A DNA stretch of 64,000 nucleotides from Spirochaetia bacterium (GTDB lineage: Bacteria > Spirochaetota > Spirochaetia > Treponematales > Breznakiellaceae): contig BOAV01000003.1 of the NCBI GenBank assembly GCA_026002045.1, positions 5,064-69,063 of the forward strand. The letters are read 5' to 3'. The translations under genes were made by a program, and so were the position numbers. The notes under the pieces are model-generated. The model did not search any database and was not told the DNA's origin. It saw nothing but the letters and a program-made list of their open reading frames with translations. Each line of letters begins with the position of its first letter. The first letter of the stretch is position 1. Shown here piece by piece: positions 59,627-64,000 of the stretch.

Positions 59627-60652
59627 TTAGCGGCCCTGCCGGTATTTTTGTAAAATTGCCTGAACCCTGTCGTGCATGTCTTTATTGAAAACGTTCCTGT
59701 TGATCAAATCCGGAAAATACCGCTGCAAATCCCGGTACCATTCCTGTTCCTGCGCGGGACTTGGTACATTTACTATAAGTCCGTCCTGCTGCATGGCAAT
59801 TACAGCGTCATCTTCACTTTTTTGGAAAGAATTTTCGATTTCCGTTCCCGCCTTGCGGCATATTTCCAGAAGCGGCGCCCGGTGCTTTTCGGGGATGCTC
59901 GCCCAGGCTTTTCTGCTCATCAGAATCCCACCCATGAAGGGGGCAATGTTTATTGAGCTCATATTTTTTGCTACCCGATAAAGCTGATACGCGGAGATTG
60001 CGAGAGGACTTTGATACATCGCATCAACCATACCGCTGTTGAGCTTCTGGGGTATATCGGTATAGGTTGCCGGAACCAGGTTAAAGCCCATGGTGCGGAA
60101 TGCGTCCAATAGTTCCTGTTCATCAGGACTGGTACCCAGCTTGAGGCGCCGCAAATCATCGGGGGTATACACCGGAGACCGGGAGAATATTTTTATCCAC
60201 CCCGCTTTTACCCAAACCATGTTGACATAGCCTTCCTGTTCAATGCGGGAATTCAGAAAGGGCCGTACCTCATTCAGGACCACGTCCAGTTCGTCATTAT
60301 TTTGGATCAGGAAAGGGGTACTCAGGGCCAGTATTTCCGGGGCAATGGAATTGAGGCCGAGACTGGTAAAAATGGCGGCCTGGATCTTGTCCTGCCGCAG
60401 TTTCATCAGGTAGTCCCCCTCGGAACCGGGATACTGGTGGAGTATATGGAGGGTCACCTCCCCATTGGTGGCTTTGATCCAGTCGGCGGCGATCCGGTCC
60501 AGGGTCCGCCCCCAGGGACTATTCCGGGGGAGCGCCGAGGCAAGATTGATGGTGATGGTCCGCTGGCGCTGGGCCTGGAGCAGCGCCGGGGAAGCGATGT
60601 TAAAAACAATAAGGCCCAGGATGGCAAGGTTTAACGGGATGATTTTTTTCAC
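59627..60652 (-). CDS. TRAP transporter solute-binding protein (DctP family; TatP-like)
   Basis: Signal peptide plus a DctP-family fold. Directly upstream of the fused permease. Confidence 0.85.
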   Translation of the reverse strand: MKKIIPLNLAILGLIVFNIASPALLQAQRQRTITINLASALPRNSPWGRTLDRIAADWIKATNGEVTLHILHQYPGSEGDYLMKLRQDKIQAAIFTSLGLNSIAPEILALSTPFLIQNNDELDVVLNEVRPFLNSRIEQEGYVNMVWVKAGWIKIFSRSPVYTPDDLRRLKLGTSPDEQELLDAFRTMGFNLVPATYTDIPQKLNSGMVDAMYQSPLAISAYQLYRVAKNMSSINIAPFMGGILMSRKAWASIPEKHRAPLLEICRKAGTEIENSFQKSEDDAVIAMQQDGLIVNVPSPAQEQEWYRDLQRYFPDLINRNVFNKDMHDRVQAILQKYRQGR

Positions 60653-60664
60653 CGGAAGCTCCTT

Positions 60665-61561
60665 TTATTCAAAATTATCGATTTCAATATCAATAAAATA
60701 ATCAGCGGCATTGTCCAGCAGGGACCGGGCCTTGCGCTGGGCAATGGTATTTACCAGCTTGTTTGCCGGATATGCCCTGATCTTCAGCGCCAGGGCGGTT
60801 TCCAGATACTTTTTAAAGGTATCATAATCCTGCTCGGGGATCGAGACCGACTGGGCATAGGAGACGTAGGGACCCGCCAGTTTCCCTCCGGATTTTTCCA
60901 GTGCCAGGCGGAAATAGGGTTCCACCCTGGTTTTATCGCCCCCCAAAGACTCAGGCAGGGAGGACAAGGCCAGGACATAGAAATCGTCCAGCGCCCCGTT
61001 GTTAAAATCCGGGTCCAGTTCGTAAGCCCGGTCAATATAGAACAGCAGATCGGGCACCCGGCGGCCCTGCCCCGGATCAAAGGGGTCCAGGGAAAAAGCG
61101 GAAAGGTAGCCCGCCGCAGTCCAGTAGAGGCTGGGGACATCCTCCTTTGTCATTTGGGCAAGGTAGGGGGCCAGGGTGTCATTGGTGGAAGAAACCTTGC
61201 CGAAGCCGGGGTACTTTTGGTCGAGTCCATCGTAGAGGATATCCGCTCCCCGGAGGTAGAATTTTTTGGCCTCTTCCAGGGCAGCCTGTCGTTCCTCGTA
61301 CTGCAAGGGGGGGAGGAATTCCGCCGGTCCCTGCACAAAGGCATTGGCGTACATCACATAGAGGGAACCCGTATCCAGGATCAGTTTTTGATCATCCGGC
61401 CGTTTTGCCAGCTTGGCCTCGCTCTTTTTGATGACGCCGGGGATGGCGGGCCCCACCATTTCCGGTGTCATACGCATCGCCATCTGGTTAATGGAACAGC
61501 CTGAACCAAGGAGCAGCACTGCCGTAAGAAAAACTAAATATAGAGAAATTCGGGGCTTCAT
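60665..61561 (-). CDS. TatT-like TPR lipoprotein, accessory T component of a TPR-protein-associated TRAP transporter (TPAT)
   Basis: Lipobox LLLGSGCS and a helical/TPR-like composition. The gene order T-P-QM matches the Treponema pallidum tatT-tatP-tatQM operon. This is a synteny-based call. Confidence 0.5.
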   Translation of the reverse strand: MKPRISLYLVFLTAVLLLGSGCSINQMAMRMTPEMVGPAIPGVIKKSEAKLAKRPDDQKLILDTGSLYVMYANAFVQGPAEFLPPLQYEERQAALEEAKKFYLRGADILYDGLDQKYPGFGKVSSTNDTLAPYLAQMTKEDVPSLYWTAAGYLSAFSLDPFDPGQGRRVPDLLFYIDRAYELDPDFNNGALDDFYVLALSSLPESLGGDKTRVEPYFRLALEKSGGKLAGPYVSYAQSVSIPEQDYDTFKKYLETALALKIRAYPANKLVNTIAQRKARSLLDNAADYFIDIEIDNFE

Positions 61562-61640
61562 AGGTCGTTTCCCTTTCTATAAAAATAAGATTTAGACGCC
61601 GCCATACAGCGGCATACCCCATAAATATACTATATCACAA

Positions 61641-62246
61641 TTACCCGCTTCGTGGCGATAGGCAGGCGGCCTTTTCACAGCCGGTAAAGATTTCCATGCA
61701 GAGCCGGGCATCATCCTCCGCCCGGTGGGCGCTGATCGCTTTTATTTGCAGAAAGGCCGCCAACTCCTGGAGCTTGTAGGAATTGCGGCCCGGAAAGACC
61801 CGCCGGCTCAACGCCAGGGTATCCGCGATTTTGTTGGGAAGGGCAGGGAAGGGTGGAATCCAGATCCCCCCGGCCTGCTCATGGGTCTCTTTAAGTTTTT
61901 GGTTCACAAAGCCGCAATCAAAGGGCGCGTTGTGGGCGATAATCACCGTATCCTTGATGAGGCGCAGAAAATCCGGGAAGACCGCTTCCAGGGATGGCTG
62001 TCCGGCAAGCATCTTGTCGGTGATATTGTTGACCCGGCCCGCCGCTTCCGGCATGGGGATGCCGGGGTCAATCAACACGTTAAATCGGCTGATGGGCCCC
62101 CGCCTGTCGAATTTGACCGCCCCTAACTCCACAATCGAATCCTTTTGGGCATCCAGCCCCGTGGTTTCGATGTCAAAGGCGATAAAAACCGCCCCGTCAC
62201 GATACGCTTCCAGCGCCCAGTCGTAGGATTCCATGCCGGCGCTCAT
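61641..62246 (-). CDS. 3-prime to 5-prime exonuclease, DnaQ-like (DEDDh)
   Basis: Exo I FIAFDIETTGLD, plus later HNAPFD and HRAEDDA motifs. Confidence 0.8.
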   Translation of the reverse strand: MSAGMESYDWALEAYRDGAVFIAFDIETTGLDAQKDSIVELGAVKFDRRGPISRFNVLIDPGIPMPEAAGRVNNITDKMLAGQPSLEAVFPDFLRLIKDTVIIAHNAPFDCGFVNQKLKETHEQAGGIWIPPFPALPNKIADTLALSRRVFPGRNSYKLQELAAFLQIKAISAHRAEDDARLCMEIFTGCEKAACLSPRSG

Positions 62247-64000
62247 TAGTCGCCGATTACCGCACGGATATCTTTTTTGATGGCATCCAGTTTTCGCGCC
62301 GCCTCATTTCTTGCCGCCGCAAGGCCCCCTGACCCCACTTCTGCGCAGCAGGTGGCGTAGAATTTGATCTTGGGCTCGGTGCCGCTGGGCCGGGCGCTTA
62401 CAATAGTGCCGTCCTCCAGGTAGAACTGGAGCACATCGCTCTTTGGCAAGTCCGCCGATTTTTCAAGATCCCGGACCTTCTCCACCTTGATGCCCCCCAA
62501 TGCGGCGGGAGGATTTTTCCGGTATTCGTCCATAATACCCTTCATGACGCCGGGGCCTTCGGGCCCCTGGAAGTATTTGGAGATCCCCAGTTCCTGCCAG
62601 TAGCCATTTTTGGCATAGAGTTCATCCAGCCGGTCAAGGAGGCCCTTGCCCTTGCTGCGCCAGTAGAGGGTCATTTCGGCGGTGAGGGCTGCGGCGCTCA
62701 CCCCGTCCTTGTCCCGGACCTCCTGTTCTACCAGATAACCATAACTTTCTTCGGTACCGAAGACGAATTCCTTTTTGATAAGGCCGGTTTCGCACTGCCG
62801 CATCACGTCCGCTATCCACTTAAAGCCCGTGAGGCACTCGATACATGCAACCCCGTATGAGGCGGCTACCCGCTTCTGCATCCCCGTGGTGACGATGGTA
62901 TTGACCATGGCGGCGTTTGCGGGGAGTTTCCCCGCCTCTTTTAATGAGAGGAAGATATAGTCCGCCAGCAATACCCCCATCTGGTTCCCGGTGACCAAAG
63001 TGTAGTCCCCGCCTTTTGCGGCGCCCCGGCTCGGAACCGCCACGCCAAAGCGATCCGCATCGGGATCGGTGGCCATGACCACGTCGGCCCCCGTTTTCTT
63101 GCCCAGGGCCACCGCCATTTCCAGGGCGGCGGCTTCCTCCGGGTTGGGGAAGGCCACCGTGGGGAAATCCCCGTTCCCTTCCCGCTGTTCCGGTACGGTG
63201 ATAACCTTGAGCCCCAGACTGCCCAGAACGGCCTCAACATGGAGCGCCCCGGTTCCGTGGAGCGGAGTGTAGACAATCTTCACCTCGCCGGCCTTTTCTT
63301 TGATGAGTTCAGGTCTGAAAAGCCGGCTCTTCACCATTGCCTGGTAGGGCTCATCGATCTCCTTGTCGATTATCTGCAAAAGCCCTTTGGCAAGGGCCGC
63401 TTCCCGGTCAATCTCTTTGATGGCCTTGACGGCGTTCACTTGGTCGATAACACCTGAGTCGTGGGGGGCGATGACCTGGGAGCCGTCGTTCCAGTAGGCC
63501 TTGTAGCCGTTGTACTTGGGCGGGTTGTGGCTTGCGGTAACCACGATCCCCGTGTCCGCTTTGAGCTGCCGGATGGCAAAGGAAAGCTCCGGGGTGGGGC
63601 GCAGGCTGGAAAAGAGGTAAGCCTTGATGCTGTTCCCCGCGAAGATCAGCGCGGCGGCTTCGGCAAACTCCGCCGAATAGTGGCGGCTGTCAAAGGCAAT
63701 CACTGCGGCAAGCTTTCCGGCCCTGGCCTTGTCGGGAAAGGCCTTGATCAGGTAGGCCGCCAGCCCCTGGGTGGCGCTTTTAACCACCAGGGTGTTCATG
63801 CGGTTGTAGCCGCCGCCGATCACCCCCCGCAGGCCCCCGGTGCCGAACTCCAGGTCCCGGTAGAACCGGTCTTCAAGCTCCTTAAAATCTTCTTTTCCAA
63901 GAAGCTCCTCCACCTCCGCACGAAAATGGACGTCCTTCTCCCTGGCTATATAATCCCTCGCCGCTTCGATAATGGCGTTTTTGTCCATGATTCCCTCCAT
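62246..64000 (-). CDS. phosphoglucomutase/phosphomannomutase family protein (PgcA-like phospho-sugar mutase)
   Basis: Active-site TASHNPPKYNGYK and four-domain length. The ATG sits at the very edge of the window, so the true start may be Met5 (MDKNAII) or further upstream. Confidence 0.85.
   Translation of the reverse strand: MEGIMDKNAIIEAARDYIAREKDVHFRAEVEELLGKEDFKELEDRFYRDLEFGTGGLRGVIGGGYNRMNTLVVKSATQGLAAYLIKAFPDKARAGKLAAVIAFDSRHYSAEFAEAAALIFAGNSIKAYLFSSLRPTPELSFAIRQLKADTGIVVTASHNPPKYNGYKAYWNDGSQVIAPHDSGVIDQVNAVKAIKEIDREAALAKGLLQIIDKEIDEPYQAMVKSRLFRPELIKEKAGEVKIVYTPLHGTGALHVEAVLGSLGLKVITVPEQREGNGDFPTVAFPNPEEAAALEMAVALGKKTGADVVMATDPDADRFGVAVPSRGAAKGGDYTLVTGNQMGVLLADYIFLSLKEAGKLPANAAMVNTIVTTGMQKRVAASYGVACIECLTGFKWIADVMRQCETGLIKKEFVFGTEESYGYLVEQEVRDKDGVSAAALTAEMTLYWRSKGKGLLDRLDELYAKNGYWQELGISKYFQGPEGPGVMKGIMDEYRKNPPAALGGIKVEKVRDLEKSADLPKSDVLQFYLEDGTIVSARPSGTEPKIKFYATCCAEVGSGGLAAARNEAARKLDAIKKDIRAVIGD

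Overview
This 64-kb window is dense, mostly chromosomal-looking DNA of moderately high GC. I think it comes from a spirochete (Treponema-like). That is an inference from gene content: a TatT-type TPR lipoprotein coupled to a TRAP transporter, a YjfB-like small motility protein, many TPR proteins, and tandem FKBP lipoproteins.

Gene order, left to right:
- The 3-prime part of a sirtuin deacylase, then gltX on the minus strand.
- An N-end-rule module clpS-clpA-aat on the minus strand.
- A tightly overlapping plus-strand string: xth, rhomboid, a phosphoribosyltransferase, rnhB.
- A DUF4143 AAA ATPase and two tandem FKBP lipoproteins.
- A minus-strand block: NDK-like protein, UPF0210 + ACT pair, AI-2E transporter, two TPR proteins.
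- A divergent pair of XRE regulators separated by an AT-rich spacer.
- A plus-strand Opp/Dpp-type ABC importer followed by a GH39-like glycosidase, an Asp/Glu-racemase-family enzyme and a TIM-barrel sugar-phosphate isomerase/epimerase.
- A second Opp/Dpp-type ABC importer on the minus strand.
- A three-component sugar sensor (membrane-anchored binding protein, LytS-type kinase, YesN/AraC regulator) directly upstream of a monosaccharide ABC transporter with two XylF-like binding proteins, XylG-like ATPase and XylH-like permease.
- A YtrA-type GntR regulator, an SPFH protein, a LolD-like ATPase, two FtsX permeases, a LolA-like protein and a beta-barrel-like outer-membrane protein.
- A degraded IS110 transposase remnant, an esterase, a hypothetical protein, dCMP deaminase, a CYTH protein, a LysM-M23 peptidase and a sigma-70-family factor.
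- A TatT-TatP-TatQM (TPAT) TRAP transporter, a DnaQ-like exonuclease and a phosphoglucomutase-family enzyme.

I found no rRNA, tRNA or CRISPR array.

Non-coding signals worth noting:
- A dispersed family of imperfect palindromic elements with TTAACCAC termini and CACAGAG/CTCTGTG units.
- An inverted ~108-bp duplication of the 3-prime end of the UPF0210 gene.
- Three operator-like palindromes embedded in or next to near-consensus promoters.

The most system-like candidates are (i) the GntR-SPFH-ABC-FtsX-FtsX-LolA-like-OMP envelope cluster, (ii) the sugar sensor plus transporter, and (iii) the ABC-GH39-racemase-isomerase catabolic locus. All functional assignments come from motif recognition by eye and were not database-verified.
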